64,000 bases of DNA from the human T2T-CHM13v2.0 reference genome, Homo sapiens. The first letter of the stretch is position 1, and the number at the start of each line of letters is the position of its first letter. Under the pieces are notes generated by a model. The model ran no database searches. It was given only the letters and a program-made list of their open reading frames with translations, and had not been told where the DNA came from. The position numbers and the translations under genes were made by a program. Below are positions 1 through 18,797 of the stretch, one piece after another. Location: assembly GCF_009914755.1 (NCBI RefSeq), contig NC_060947.1; one strand, given 5' to 3'.

Positions 1-35
1 CCAGAAGGTGAATCCCTGGGTCTGAGGCTGTGTTA

Positions 36-399
<364 letters not shown>

Positions 400-543
400 G
401 TAAGTCAGACAGATACTCACTCTGTGGGCATTCAGATATTCATATTGGCAGTGGTACTGTAGGCAGTAAAGCCAAACTTATACCATAAATATGTGTCAGA
501 CCAAACAAGAACATATTTCTGCCTTCTCTTGGATGGAAAGGGT

Positions 544-1007
544 TGTGAGTGAGCTGAATAATGGCCCCCAAAGATATCAGGTCCGAATCCCTGTGAACTG
601 TAAATGTTATATTATAAAAAGGGTCTTTGTAGATGTGATTAAGTAAGGATATTGAGATGGGGAGACAATCTTGACTTATTCAGGTGGCCCCCTAAATGCA
701 ATCACACCTGATAAGACAGAGACAGAGGGACATTTGACACAGACAGAAGAAGAGAAGGCATTGTGTTTGGAGTGATGTGGCCACAAACCAAGGAATGCTG
801 GAAGCCACTAGAAGCTGTAAGAGGCAAGGAAAGAATTCTCCTCTAGAACCTCTGGAGGGAGCACAGCCCTGTTGACACGTTGGATTTGGCTCAATGGTAC
901 TGATGTCAGATATCTGGCCTCCAAAACTGTGAGAGAATAAATATTTGTTGTTTTAACTCACCAAATGTGACTGGTTATTTGTTAAAGCAGTCATAAGAAA
1001 CTAATTA
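544..1007 (+). mobile_element. MaLR solo LTR (MLT1C/D-like)
   Basis: TG...CTGAATAATGGCCCCCAAAGAT start; CTGGCCTCCAAAACTGTGAGAGAATAAA...GAAACTAAT end, typical of MLT1. Confidence 0.8.
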
Positions 1008-2118
1008 GAGGGGTGTAATGTAATCTACTTGCCACTAAGTGGCTGGTTATGCCCCTTCAAGTAAGGTACCTGTGTCAGTCCATTTTCACACTGCTATAAA
1101 GAACTGCCTGAGACTGGGTAATTTATAAAGAAAGAGGTTTAAGTGACTCATAGTTCTGCATGGCTGGGGAGGCCTCAGGTAACTTACAATCATACATAAG
1201 GCACATCTTATGTGGTGGCAGAAGAGAGAGGGCGTGCAGGGGAAACTGCCACTTTTGAAACCATCAGATCTCATGAGAACTCACTCATTATCATGAGAAC
1301 AGTGTGGGGGAAAGCACCCCCATGATCCAATCACCTCCCACCAGGTCCTTTCTTTGACACATGGGGATTAAGGGGATTACAATTCGAGATGAGATTTGGG
1401 TGGGAACACAGAGCCAAACCATATCATTCTGCCCCTGGCCCCTCCCAAAGCTCACATTCTTTTTACATTTCAAAACCAATTATGCCTTCCCAACAATCCG
1501 CCAAAGTCTTAACTCATTCCAGCATTAACTCAAAAGTCCAAGTCCAAAGTCTCATCTGAGACAAGGCAAGTCCCTTCCACCTAGGAGTCTATAAATTCAA
1601 AAGCAAGTTAGTTACTTCCAATATAAAATGGGGGAACAGGCATTGGATAAATGGTCCCATTCCACATGGGATAAATTGGAAAAACAAAGGGGCTATCGGC
1701 CCCATGCAAGTCTGAAACCTAGCAGGGCAGTTATTAAATCTTAAAGCTCTGAAATAATCTCATTTGACTCTATGTCTCATATTCAGTACATGCTGATGCA
1801 AGGGGTGGGATCCCACGGCCTTGGGCAGCCCCTTCACAGGCTGGTGTTGAGTGCCTGTGGCTTTTCCAGGCACACAGTGCAAGCTATCAGTGGATCTACA
1901 ATTCTGAGGTCTGGAGGATGGTGGCCCTCTTCTCACAGCTCCACTAGGCACTGCTCCAGTGGGGACTCTGTGTGGGGGCTCCAACCCCACATTTCCCTTC
2001 CACACTGCCCTAGCAGAGGTTCTCCATGAGGGCTCCACGCCTGTAGCAGACTTCTGCCTGGACATACAGGCATTTTCATACATCCTCTGGAATCTAGGCG
2101 GAGATTCCCAAACTTCAA

Positions 2119-2523
<405 letters not shown>

Positions 2524-2757
2524 TAGCCACAGCTGGAGCTGGAGCAGCTGGGATGTAGGGCACCAAGTCCTGAGGCTGAACACAGCAGCTGGGCCCTGAG
2601 CCCAGCCCAGGAAACCATTTTTAACTCCTAAGTATCCAGGCCTGTGATGGGAGGGGCTGCCAAGATCTCTGACATGCCCTGGAGACATTTTTCCCATTGT
2701 CTTGGCTATTAACATTCAGCTCCTGGTTACTTATGCAAATTTCTACAGCAGACTTGA

Positions 2758-3098
<341 letters not shown>

Positions 3099-3917
3099 GG
3101 GGTTTTCTTTTCTATCACAACATCAGGCTGTAAATTTTCCAAACTTTTATGCTCTGTCATCTCTTGGATGCTTTGCTGCTTAGAAATTTCTTCTGCTAGA
3201 TACACTAAATCATCTCTTTCAAGTTCAAAGCTTCATGGATTTCTAGGGCAGGGGCAAAACGCTGATAGTCGCTTTGCTAAACCATAGCAAGAATGATCTT
3301 TGCGCTAGTTGCCAATGAGTTCCTCATCTTCATCTGAGACCATCTTATCCTGGACTTCATTGTCCATATCACTATCAGCATTTTGGTCAAAACCATTCAA
3401 CAAGTCTCTAGGAAGTTTCCCACATCTTCCTGCCTACTTCTGAGCCCTCCAAACTGTTCCAACCTTTGCCCATTACCCAGTTCCAAAGTTGCTTCCACAT
3501 TTTCAGGTTATCTTTATAGCAGTGTCCCACTCCCAGTACCAATTTACTGTACCAGTCCATTTTCACACTGTTATAAAGAACTGCCCAAGACTGGCTCATT
3601 TATAAAGAAAAGAGGTTTAATTGGCTCACAGTTCCACATGGCTGGGAAGCCTCAGAAAACTTACAATTGTGGCAGAAGGCAAAGGGGAAGAAGGCATGTC
3701 TTACATGGTGGCAGGTGAGAGAGAGAGAAGGAGGAAGTGCCAGACACTTATCAAACAACCAGATCTCATGAGAACTCACTATCGCAAGAATAGCATGGGG
3801 GAAAGCGTGCCCATGATTCAGTCACCTCCTAGCAGGTCTCTCCCTCGACATGTGGGGATTATGGGGATTACAATTCAAGATGAGATTTGGGTGGGGATAC
3901 CAAACCATATCAATACC

Positions 3918-5639
3918 ACATTAAGAGCTCATCATTGTTCTCTGCTTCTGACAAGTTAGATGTTCAGAAATGGCAGTAGCTAGATCAACTCAGACGAGAG
4001 AGATTCATGTTCCCGCACCCACAAGTAGTCTTCAACACTGACACCATTTCTATAGCATTCATGGAGCCATCGCTCCATTGTAAAACCACCAATGATCAGA
4101 GGATAGAGGCTGGCTGATGTCCTCTGGACAGTCATCCTGTTCACCTAATACTTCACTGTCTTTTCTGTGGTAGATAATATCTGGTAGGTATTGACATGCT
4201 AACCAAATAATCATACAGTTTGTATATGTCCACTCTCATAGACACATCTACATGCCTTTTCACCTGACCTCTTTGACTCTATTCTTTCCATTTCATTCCT
4301 TCTAGAAGCCTTGGCCAACCAGTCAAGCCATTTACCATTGCCAAGAAATCCATATAGTCTTAGCCGAGACTTCGTATCCCTCCATACAAGTTGATGAGCA
4401 TGTGTATTGCTCAAAGCTCTGCCCACTGGAATAATTTACCCTTACCACTGTCACTTAAGGCCACTCCTATGTGGGACTTTGATGTAGCAGCAGTCCATTT
4501 CAGCTTGCACTGACGTATTGAGCTATACCATGTACAAGGACTGATTTTTTCCTTCTTCATCAGGTCATCATTGGGAACACTCCATGAGGCCATAGTTTTA
4601 AAAGCAGAAATGTCAGCAACAGAGGTAGGTGACCTGGGGATTCAGACTACTTGTTTATGTAACTTATGGATACCTTAGTGAGAAACATCCTGAACTAGAG
4701 AATTCTGTTTTATATAATGAGTTTACTTAAAGAGGCCCACTTCTGTAAGCCTTTTCATGACACTTTCAATATTCTACCAAGTTCTTTTCAGTAACGTTAC
4801 CTTGCTTTCTAGAACCTATTGTTTCCAAGTTTCAAAGAACCATCTGACCTGAACTTTAAGATTGGTTCTAGTGTTCCTGCCAGGATGTTAAATCTGATTC
4901 AGGAGAGTGCCTCAATAAAATCTCCTCTATCCAGCCTTAAGTTCAGTGACCTTTATCCCAGTCCAGCACCGACAAGATCCTTTCCCGGCATGTTTTCCCA
5001 TTTCCTAAAGGAACATATTTGCCTGATTTGGCAGGAATAGAACTCTCCTGCCTGGATCATGCTGAGATTTATCCTTAGTTATTGGTAGAAGCAAAGAGGG
5101 AAAAAGAGAGCAGATCCGTGGGTTCACGTTTTTCAAGTTCTTCCATTCAAGTGTCCCATTCCCATATCTTAGGGTCCTACACTTTATCAGGGCTTACCTT
5201 TAGGACTACTTTTACAACCAAATCTTGGTAGTCATTCTCAGCATATTCTGCTCTAGGATATCAGAACCTCCTTACAAGCTGCCAAGTAGCCTTCTGACTT
5301 CAACACCATGCCTTGAGCTGATAGTTGGCTGACCTCAGTCTGTAGACTTTTTCTTTAGGATTCCAATCACAGTTAAAAAACAGCTGGCCAAATATACAAA
5401 CCTTATAATTCCCTTTGCTCTTATTTCTCTAGTGTGCTGGAGCTATTGTGCCTATATCCCATCCCAGTTCACCACATGTAAAATAATTAGTAATTGTGAT
5501 GCTAGAACATGCCCAGGCTTATCGACAATACCCTGCTCACCACCATCAGTGGAACTTTGTTACTATTTAGCTAGGAAGTGATCTAATGTGAGCATCCCAT
5601 CCTACGGTTCTGCTTCCTAGGACCACTTTTGATACCAAC
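3918..5639 (-). mobile_element. Degenerate ERVL-class internal region with pol RNase H remnant; further pieces at ~1-60, 400-543 and 1008-1070
   Basis: Minus-strand frame 4411-4593 (MASWSVPNDDL...KWTAA...DSGKGKLFQWAEL) resembles the ERV-L pol segment MASWGVPYDQL...KWTAA...DSGEGKSSQWAEL; it is frameshifted. PBS-like TGGTATCA on the minus strand near 5630-5637. Confidence 0.75.
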
Positions 5640-6030
5640 TATCTTAACTTGGGATTTTCCAGAAGCAGATGCTGAGACAAAAGTTTGAGAGAAAGTTATT
5701 TATTTGGAAGATGATTTCCAGGAAACACCAACATAATAAGAAAGGAAAAGGGGGAGGAAGAAAGCCAATGAAAGGAGCGTACGCATGCAGATAGCCAGTG
5801 TGGCAACATTGCTCAATCCTGGAAAGGATCACTGGGAGGGAGTATTAAACAGATTTGTGCAATCCCTTAAGAGCTGAGGAAGCTGGAGTATCTGTCTTCC
5901 AACTCCTATCCATCACTGGGTGAGGATTTTAGAGACCCAGCACTCCCAACCAGCCCCTTGCATGTATGAGCAGAGATCGTGCCTCAGGCTGAGAGCCACA
6001 GGTGCTTGCAAGAAGACATTGTTGGAATGT
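5640..6030 (-). mobile_element. ERVL LTR (LTR33/LTR16-like), probable 5' LTR of the adjacent internal region
   Basis: CCAGAAGCAGATGCTGAGACAAAAGTTTGAG...TTTATTTGGAAGATGAT motif; abuts the PBS-like sequence. Confidence 0.6.
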
Positions 6031-7333
6031 ACTGGAAAGCTAAAGGAGTAAGATGGGTTCTAATTGGGATATTCAAAATGCTGTGAGAAAATAGATTCAT
6101 TCTGCTGGGGGGGAATTCCAACAAGGATTCAGAAATGGAGCCATTCACCCTGGTAGCTGATATCATGAAGTAGATGCAATTTCCAAAGTGGGAGGGGGAT
6201 ATGATGTGCAGGAAGGGCTAAGCCTACTGACAGAGGAATGTCTACATTTTAGGAGTGGCTTGAGAAAGTGTTAACAAATGTTGAGTTCAATGTTAGTAAA
6301 GCTCAGTGTTAGGAATGGCAGTCATTTTTCAGACTTCCAATGTCTCTGAACTCATAACCATTGGAAAACTTTAATTGGGAAGGAAAAAACTTAAAAGTCC
6401 CCTATTGAATTTGTTCATTAAGTGAAATTATAAAACAAAGGAGATGGCAAAAGGAAATACTAAACAATTTCTCTTCTACCATGCTTAACTTTTTTCTCTT
6501 TATAAGGATTCACAAAACAGCAAACCATTCAGAGGTTTTGAACACAAGCATGAATTTCATTTTGCTCTGACTTTTGTAACTTAAATAACTAAGTGATTTT
6601 CAATTCAGCAGTTAGAAATCTTTCTGCAAAAACATGCGCACAATTTTTATTCCCATGCTGCCACCCTCTTTGCCACTTGCAGAGTGAATTATTAGAACAA
6701 AGTTATAAACCTCCAGATATTCAATATCTATAGTAGAAAATACTGACATGACCATAAAAAAATGCTTTCTTTTTTGTCTAGCTTTGCTCCCTTCTTCAAC
6801 CTTTGCTCATTCCCTTTTCCCTTGGCCCTCTAAATATACAAGCCAGCAGCATTTGCTTTGCTTTGCTTTTTCACTCTTGCTTACTGCCTTTTTAAAAAGG
6901 GGTGGCTTGGATTAGAGATATGTGTTAACCCTCTAAGATTGTTGAGGGAAATATTGATATTTGCTGGAATTAACTGAATTTCTGTATGTTAATGTTTTGT
7001 ACTATTTGTTTGTTCATTCTGAAGAAGCATGTGAAGAAAGCCAGAGTCTCCATTTTTGAATTAAGTAAAGGGCAAAGCAAGTTGATGGTTATAATAGTCA
7101 TGATTAATTCTTTTTAATATCCCCCAAAATTAACACTTTTTTAATTCATTACTGTTAAAAATTTATTTGCTGTAATTGTAAAAAAAACTTACATCTTAGG
7201 ATACAGGCATCCATGAATTAACCAAAAGAAGTGGAAGTAGTAAATAAATTTTTAACTGGGGACAAACCTGCCAATGTCACCATTTCTTTGTTTCAATTCA
7301 TGTTACATCTAAAAATGGAAATATTTTTCACTA

Positions 7334-7709
<376 letters not shown>

Positions 7710-9229
7710 TTAAGGACTTTAGCCTGGCATGAGTGGCCACCTTTCCCACAGGAGTCGTTGATAGAATTCCCATTATATACTTTCTAGGACTATTACAGAA
7801 AAATCTCTAATAGACGGTGGGAGAAAAAAACTCATCAAAAATATTTGGAATATTTACTGGGTGTGGGATATTGTATGATATTCAAGTTGAGGTGAATTCC
7901 TGAACTTCCTTTAGGGGTAATAATATTTTCATTCCACAATTATAAATAAAGTAAAAGTGAAGATGATAATTATCACTAATAGTATCTAGAATTTATTAAA
8001 TACTTACTATTAGCCTAGCAGTGTACTAAGATCTTGACATAATTATCTTATTTAACCTCGTAACCACCCTGACTTGAGGGTACTAATATGTTCATTTCAT
8101 TAATGAGAAAATCAGTCTCAGAGATGTAAAGGACTTCAAGTCAAAAAGCAAGTGACGGACAAACAACTTGATATTTAAACTAAGTCTGTAACTGATGTAC
8201 CTTATCTCTCTAAATATTCCCTGGGATCCAGGAAATATTGCTTTAATATTAAAGTGACATCAATGATTAAAATTGGATCCGTTTTTGAAAGCTGATTATA
8301 AATGGGGTAAAGGAGGAGAAAAGCACTGGATATTTGAAAATGGGAAGGAATTTGGGATTCACCAAAAATAAATGATCTGCAGAATAGAAGGTTACAGAAA
8401 CAAAGACAATTTAAAGTCACCCAATTTCATAATTTTGCTAAAGGCTAACCTTGGAAGCAGGAACTATTAAAACTAAAAATATATATCAAGACTAAAAATA
8501 ATCGTATTATTTGACAGAGTAATTCCAAATCAAATATATGGTTCTTTATATATAATTCAAAATTTCAACCCACAAAAAATAAAATAATGGCAACAAAGAT
8601 GCTGACCTATAATTATGTTAGCATTAAAAACTAAAACAAATAAAAATGTTTAAAATAATAAAATATCAACATTGCAAAAAGTATAAACTGCAGAAAATCA
8701 TGTCAATGGGATATTCAGTAACTATTAAAATTATAGAAAAATTAAAATTAAAATTAGAAAGATCATGCAATGAAATGGTGAATATTTTTGAGACTATTAT
8801 AAAGGGAAAAATAGGACTCAGAATTTTTTATCCATTATGATCACTGCTATATGGAACAGATGATACTATAATTGAAGGGAAAATTGTAGGAAATGAACTA
8901 AAGTGATTGAATGTGTTAAATGGTAGAACTACTAGTGTTTTTATAAGAAGAATATAAATGAAAGTATTATAAAATAAAGAGGGAGAAAAATAAATGCTCT
9001 CAGAGAGGAGTGCGTGTGATTTCCACCTTATTGCATTATCCTCTCTGAAGACCAAAAGGTAAATCCCACTTCTCTGTTGTGACAGGCACTGCTAATTACC
9101 TATCCATTCTCCCCCTTTAACTTACTAAAAGAACTTCCTTTTGTTTGGGAGTTGGGGTGGGCAATGTGTCCAAGACTCTGGCTGATAGGAGCAGCCTGGC
9201 CAAGAACAAGTTTTGTATGACATATGAAT

Positions 9230-9412
9230 AATGCCATAATTTACAAATAAAAAGCTGGATGCCCAGTTACATTTGAATTTCAGAAAAACAGTGATTTTTA
9301 GTATAAGCATATTCAAGATATTTTATAAGACATAGTTACACTAAAACAGTTTTTTGTTGTTTATCTGAAATTCAAATGTAATTTGGTATCTTGTATTTTA
9401 TCTGGCAAACTT
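9230..9412. mobile_element. MER53-like palindromic non-autonomous DNA transposon
   Basis: GATGCCCAGTTACATTTGAATTTCAGA...TCTGAAATTCAAATGTAA...TATCTGGCAA; self-complementary arms resemble MER53. Confidence 0.75.
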
Positions 9413-9434
9413 ACATGTAAAGAACTTGAAAACT

Positions 9435-9755
<321 letters not shown>

Positions 9756-10254
9756 ACCTTGAAAACTTAAAGTTTCTGGATACAGGCTTTTTATTAACAA
9801 TAGTGTAGTTGTATTTGTTTGGATTGTGTTTCAGTGCATGATGAGAAACCAGGCTATAAAGGTAATAAAGTAAGAGCTTATTTCTCTCATATAACAAGAT
9901 GGAAAGTAAGCAATACAGAGAGTGTGCATTTGCTCAAGGAAATGAAACAATGAGGCTCCTTCAAGCTTCTGGCTCCAACTCCATAGCACATGTCTTTGGT
10001 GCTAAAAGTGGCAGTATGGTGGTTCCACTTCTAGGTATGGTTGTGTGAATTTTGGAGAAAAAAGACAGTAAAAGTGATGAGCAAAATGTGCCTGCCATTT
10101 CTATCTGTGCTTTTTCTGACTTTTATTATTATTAATTTTAACCAGATAAATTAGTTTTGGGAGAAGCTTTATGTAGTGACTTGAGGTTACACCTCATTGG
10201 CCTTCTATCACATCATTCCTCATCTCCCATCAGAAAACTCTCTCATTCTGAGAA

Positions 10255-11340
<1,086 letters not shown>

Positions 11341-12730
11341 GAAAGAAAACACTCTCAACAGCAATGACAATATCTACCTATTCTTGAAAACCCTACTAAA
11401 GACCTAGTCCCTCCTCCAAACATGTTTTGTATATGCCAGTCTGCCATAGCCCTTAAACATCGGAGTATGTAGGCGTGTTCCTTGCGGTTTAGTTCTAAAT
11501 TATACTCTTGTTTGTATTGGCCCTTTTTCTTGGAATATTTGTGTTGTCTTAATAAGTGGACCGCATGGTCCTTGGGAGAGGGACCGTGCTTTATTCATCA
11601 TATGCCAAGCTCCCAATAAATAATATTTGTTGATGAATTTACCACCAATTGTCACTGAAGCTTAACAAAATTCCATAGGAAACCTCCAAGTACAAGCTTT
11701 TTAAAGCTGTAAAGAGAAAGTTTTAAGTGAAGCAGAATGTCTTTTATTTTACTTTATTTACTTATTTAATGCTTCATTGCATGTGCAATACATTTACATG
11801 GTTTAAAATTCCAAAGATATGAAAGATTATACAGTGTGAAATATCTCTTTCCCACATACATCCCTAGCCACCTAGCTTCTTTCCCCATGCAACGAACCTC
11901 ATCAGTTTGTTGTATTCTCCAGAGAGAAATTTTGTATTTACAAGCCAATGTGCATATTTTAAAATTCATTTGAATATTAAACATTTACTGTGCACTAAGC
12001 TTTTTGCCAGGCACTGTGGTAAATGCTTGACATTGAATCCTCCTAACAACTCAATGAGGTAGGTTTTTCTAATTATTACCATTTTACAGATGAAGAAACT
12101 GAGGTACAGAGCCATATACCTTCACAAACCACAGCTGATATTTGAACCTGGGAAGTCTGACTCTAGATCCTATGCGCTTAACCACAAAAATATATTTCCT
12201 CTCCATGCTGAATCTTTTAGGAGACATATACAAGGTAAACAAAGTCTCAAAAGATTACATAGTACACATAGGGAATTACCTCCATGTATCTGGTGAGAAT
12301 TAAATATATGCTTGTATAGTTCATGACTAAGGGAATATAGTTGTGAAACCTAAAAATTTTGGACTTGGATCCTTTATCTCAAGATAGAATTTGACCCTAT
12401 GGCCATGTTATTACAGCTGAGCATGAATACTGTTTGTACCAGTATGGTGTCCTACAAAAAGAATAAACATGTGTTCTTAATCAGAATTCTTGTCTTTTCA
12501 CCTTTATTTCAAGGCTCCTATGTTCTCCTCTGATCTTCATCCTCCTTGCCTTCCACCTTTCCCTGATTCATCTGTCTTCACTGCTCCTCTACTTTGTTTT
12601 TTACATTTGCCAATCAGCCTTATGACTTCAGTGCTGCCACGCTGCCCAACTTACTTTTCTAGGAAACTGTTGATTGCTTCCATGTAATAGTGAAAAAGGC
12701 TATCAGTTGGTACAGGTGTTTGATATATTA

Positions 12731-13067
<337 letters not shown>

Positions 13068-13145
13068 TTACAGAAATTTTTATTAAACTCAAAATAGTTA
13101 TGAAGATGATTTTAAAATTTTTAGAAAATTACAGAGCTTTGCAAA

Positions 13146-13837
13146 TGCAGGGGCAAAAAGATGTAATACCTTTTCTCATCTATCATAAGGGTCACGACCG
13201 ACACTCCTACAAAAAAAAAGATGGGTTAACAAGAGAAAAACATAAATTTATTTAATCAAAGTTTTAGTAACATGGGAGCCTTCAGAAATGAAAATCTAAA
13301 GACCCAGGGAAAACTGTCTGTTTTTAGGCTTAGGTTTGACAAAGAATGGCTAGCCCAATAGAAATGTGATTGGATAAAAGTGAATGTTCTCATGGTAATA
13401 GACTGATGGGTGAAACCTGGCAAGGGCTGTCTGTTCAAATTCTTTCTGGCCTCTGTATGTATCATTCTTTCCTCATAGGTATGAGATAGGACCCCTCTGA
13501 AGTCTTATTACCTATTATTAGATAAGGTGGGTCTGCGAATTTCTTTATGGCCAGCTCCAACACAGAAAGGCAGGGGAAGATTAGAATAATATTTCTAGGT
13601 TTTATGGCTGGCTTTGAGGAAGAGGAGTTCTAGTTTTTTGACCTGCCTTAATGAAGAGGAATTCTGTTTTTTATAAATTGCTTCAGAGGGAGAAAAGGGA
13701 GTGGGAGACAGAAGGGCAAGAGAAGGTCAGAGACAGACTTTGCTTCTGAGGCCCTTTCTGAGGCCATCTAATCTCCTTCAAAGTACTCAGCATGCCAAAG
13801 CGCCATACTTTGGAGTACCATTTTCTGAGTCCCAACA
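13146..13837 (-). mobile_element. ERV1 solo LTR (MER39-like)
   Basis: TG...CA termini with 4-bp TSD CAAA on both sides; reverse complement starts TGTTGGGACTCAGAAAATGGTACTCCAAAGTATGGCGCTTTGGCATGCTGAGTACT. Confidence 0.75.
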
Positions 13838-14189
13838 CAAACTTACACAAAAACAGAATAAACCGTAAAAACCAGTTTCAATTTACCCAGTTAAACAATT
13901 GTCTCTGCTTGAAATTGTGTTAAAACAGGAGCTCCTGTTAACATTTTAGTGTTAATTTAAATAAAATAGTTGGAATTTAATACAGATGATATTCACAAGT
14001 AATACATGATAATCAAGTGCTCCACAAAGTTATTGAGTTAAAAAATAGACTCTGTTACTGGTGAGAAATGTGGAAAAATGTTTAAACTATTAGCAATCCA
14101 AGATATGTTATAGAGGTTTTTTTTGTTTTAGTTGGAGGAGACTGGTGTTTTCATGAATTCTTGAAAGCAATTCACCTTGAGAAAATCTT

Positions 14190-14375
14190 TTTAAAACGAA
14201 AGCTGTAGACTACCAGGCTGCATTCCTCAAGCCAGGGAGATTTGCTTAGTCCCTAAATGCAGATTCTGGTGCAGTTGGACTGGAAGGGACCTGAGATTCT
14301 GCTTATCTAACAATCTAACAGGTGATGCCAATCTTGCTGAACCCTTGGCCAATATTTGAGCAGCAATGTTCTAGA
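14190..14375. mobile_element. MER5A-like hAT DNA transposon remnant
   Basis: AAATGCAGATTCTGG...CCTGAGATTCTGC...CAGGTGATGCC motif. Confidence 0.55.
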
Positions 14376-15369
14376 TACTACTTTTGGTGCAAGGACTTCT
14401 TTACCTGGCTTAGTTACCTGAGGACTGAATGATAAATAACAAAGGTGAGGAGGACTGGTTAGTACCCAAAAGGGAAGGATCAGAAATATATGTTTCTTCA
14501 TAATTGGCTAGAGAAAAAAGGAGAGCCACAGTCATTTACATTGTCTGAAAATATTTTTATAGGTGAGGAAGAAGCCAGATTTTTAAAAGCAAGCCACAGA
14601 ATCATCCTTGGAAGAGGGGTAGGTGAGGCGTGCTCTGGGATAGGAAAGGGAGTCCTGCCTATAAATTTGATGAAGTCAAAAATTCAAATAACTTTTTTTT
14701 AATCCTAAAAGAGATCTGGAGTAAATTGGCCTTTGTTTTACAGATTAAGTTGTCGTGGAATATATCAATGTAAGCTATAATCATAGTTTACGTTAGGAGT
14801 GGAGAGCTAACTGTTTCCAGATAAGAAGTAAAAGAGAATTAGGAGTTGAAAATTTTTAGACAGTAGGGAGAAAATGTTGTAAAGGAAGAAAGAACCAAAA
14901 GGTGTTGGCAGAAGAATGTGGAACTGGAGAGAGAAGAGACAGGAAACATTTCCATTCATCATTGTTCTGTTTCTAGCAAGATGCTGAAGTGGTACTCCTG
15001 CTGGCTCCCCAGAGAGCTGTCCCAGGGAGAAGCCCTGGGTAACTAGCAAAACAAGAAAAAAACATGTGAAAACTCCTTGTGGTGATAATTGGAGGAGCAG
15101 ATGCTTTTGAACCGGTAAGAGTTGGGGTGCGGGGAATTAGGGTTTGGCCTGGGGCAGGAAGCCACTGGACTTGTGGACAAAAAATGTGATGGCATGTATG
15201 GGGAGGGAGTGCTGTAGGAATACTATTCCTGATTTTTCTTTGCTCTTACCTGTGGCTTCTCCACATTTTTGGAAATTCAGAGCTTGAGTTTTCAGATTAA
15301 AAAAAGTTATTAGCAGAAACTTTGAATTTTTAACTTCATCAAATTCATAGATACACAAAACTGGTAATA

Positions 15370-16000
15370 AAGCAGTAAAAACAAATTTTATTCAATAACT
15401 AATGTAGTAGGGCAAGGAGCTGGGCTCAATTCCAGTATGTTCAGAGGTGATTTTGGCATTTTCAAGGAGGAATGAGGGAGCAGGAGGGGAAGCCAGTGGT
15501 AGATAGAGCAGAGTCAGAGATGTGAAAAATTACAAAAAGTGGCTAAGAGGGTGGGTCAATGAAAATGGATTAGGCTGCCAGTGTCTGCTACTGGCATTTA
15601 TCGAAGTTAGGCTTCCTAAAGGCAATGAGAGACTGGGACCCTATCCTTTTCTAAAAATTACATGATTACATTTCAAAGGTCTCAGGTCTTTGAGAAAGAC
15701 ACTCCAAGGGTTGTAGGAAATACATATGCATCTCACAGGGACAAAGGAAATATTTAGATTTGTAAGCTTTTTTTTTCCTTAACAAATACTCTAAGAAACA
15801 GAGGTGAAGGGCCTATCTCAGGTGTTTGTTGTTAACAACAGTAAATTCTTTTGGCACGCTTAAGCTTTTCCAGATGGGAACTCAGGTGGGACTTTGGTCT
15901 TCCCAGGAATATGGCCTTAGGCAGCTAGAAGTCATTGATCAAGTCTTTTAGTGCTGGGATTTGGATGGAGTCGTTCCCGGTGACAGTTGTTGCAGTTCTC
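15370..16000 (-). mobile_element. Probable ERV1-class solo LTR (family uncertain)
   Basis: MER-type LTR motifs (GGGCTCAATTCC, TCTTTGAGAAAGACACTCC); ends ...GCAGTTCTCA, i.e. a TG start on the minus strand. Confidence 0.45.
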
Positions 16001-16553
16001 ACTATCCACGGCAGTAAAATCAGGGCCCCTCAGAAGCGCTGTGCTGTTGGAGCAATGAGAAAATCATTAAACTTTTGGTATTCGCTTTTCCGTACCCCTT
16101 CTTCAAACACCCAGGCTTGAACTTTACAATCTAAGGAGTGTCTCCTCCTACTGCTACCTCTCCCTGAGTGGGTGGAGGGGATGCAAATTGAAGCCAAGAC
16201 CTCAGGGAACAAGGAGTGACTGGCCTTGGCTGCAGTTTGGAGATGCCTGCTGCCATCTGCCTTAGGGCTTATCCACTCCTCACCACTAAACTCAATGGGG
16301 CTAAATAAATTGGGTGATGGCCCTCTCCTAATGCATGGCCTAACGGGGTAGTTGGTACCCTGGAGAGGAGAGGGGGCCAGGGATAGATTCCCAAACCAAA
16401 ATAACAAGATATTCTGAGAAGCACAGCTATTTCTAAAGGAAAACATATCCTGGATTACAGCTTCCACTAGAAGCAAAAAGCATTAGAGAATAAACACAGC
16501 AGGACTTTTAAATTATTCTAAAAATTTTGTGTATAAAAAAAGGATGTTTGAAA

Positions 16554-17163
<610 letters not shown>

Positions 17164-17291
17164 AATGTAAGAATACAAAGACATAGACAAAATTCAAAAC
17201 CAGAAAACAAAACAGCAGATGATATAGAGAGGAAGAAGACTCAGATTGACGTCAGATTTTTCAATAACAGTGGTTATAGATGGACATTTTC

Positions 17292-17600
17292 TTTTCTTTT
17301 CCTTTTTTTTCTTCCTTGAAATGGAGTCTCGCTCTGTCGCCCAGGCTGGAGTGCAGTGGCGAGATCTCGGCTCACTGCAAGCTCTGCCTCCCAGGTTCAC
17401 GCCATTCTCCTGCTTCAGCCTCCTGAGCAGCTGGGACTACAGGCGCCCGCCACCACGCCCGGCTAATTTTTTGTATTTTTTAGTAGAGACAGGGTTTCAC
17501 CGTGTTAGCCAGGATGGTCTCGATCTCCTGACCTCATGATCCACCCGCCTCGGCCTCCCAAAGTGCTGGGATTACAGGCATGAGCCACCGCGCCTGGCCC
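17292..17600 (-). mobile_element. AluY
   Basis: Reverse AluY diagnostics; TSD AGATGGACATTTTC at 17278-17291 and 17601-17614. Confidence 0.95.
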
Positions 17601-18357
17601 AGATGGACATTTTCAAAGGACTGAAGGAAAATTACCTTTGAATTTTACATCCAGCAAAATGTCATTCAAATGTGAGGACATGATAAAAATATTCTCAGGC
17701 ATAAAATATTTTAAAAGTTTGCTCCACAAAGATACATTTAAAAATGCTTTTGGATAAGTATTTAAAAGAAAAAGAAAGACAAATCTGGAGATGTTCCAAG
17801 AGATGAATGAAGTAAAGGTGATCAAATAAATACTTCAGCATTGGTTACTGTGGTTTAAAAATAATAAAGACAAAAAAAGAGAAGAGAAAATACATCAATA
17901 ACAACCAAGAATTTAAAGTCTAGTTTAGTGATTCTCAAAGTTTATTGTACATATGAACATCTGGAGTGCTTGTTTACATGAGAATTCTGATTCAGTAGAT
18001 CTGAAATGGGGTCCAAAGTTCTGCAATTCTAATCAATAAGTTCCCAGTTGTTGCTGATGTTGCTACTCCTTGGACCACATTTTAAGAAAAAAACAGGGTA
18101 TTGTTTAGATCAACATGATAGGTGCTGGAAGGAAGAGGAGACAAGGGATGAGAGAGTCCTTGCTTTATTCAGGGTAAGACACAGCTTCAATTAAAAGATA
18201 AGTAAGACAGGAGTAAAAAGAAATGTAGAAAAAGAGGAACACATTGAAATAAGAAATTAAGATGGTAGTAACAATAACAAAGATATCAATAATTACAATA
18301 AATATGAATAAAGGAAATCTAATGGTTTAAAGATACAGATGTATAAATAAAAGCTCA

Positions 18358-18797
<440 letters not shown>

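Noticed and set aside
4211-4593. pol-like ORFs as a functional or domesticated gene
   Set aside because: Short and frameshifted, and the expected RNase H DGS motif is not preserved; a decayed ERVL remnant.
9230-9412. Long hairpin as a novel miRNA or ncRNA gene
   Set aside because: Explained by the palindromic MER53-type element; no evidence of expression from sequence alone.
16030-16476. Longest ORF in the track (148 aa, minus strand)
   Set aside because: Non-ATG start, no recognisable domain or splice context; compatible with chance.
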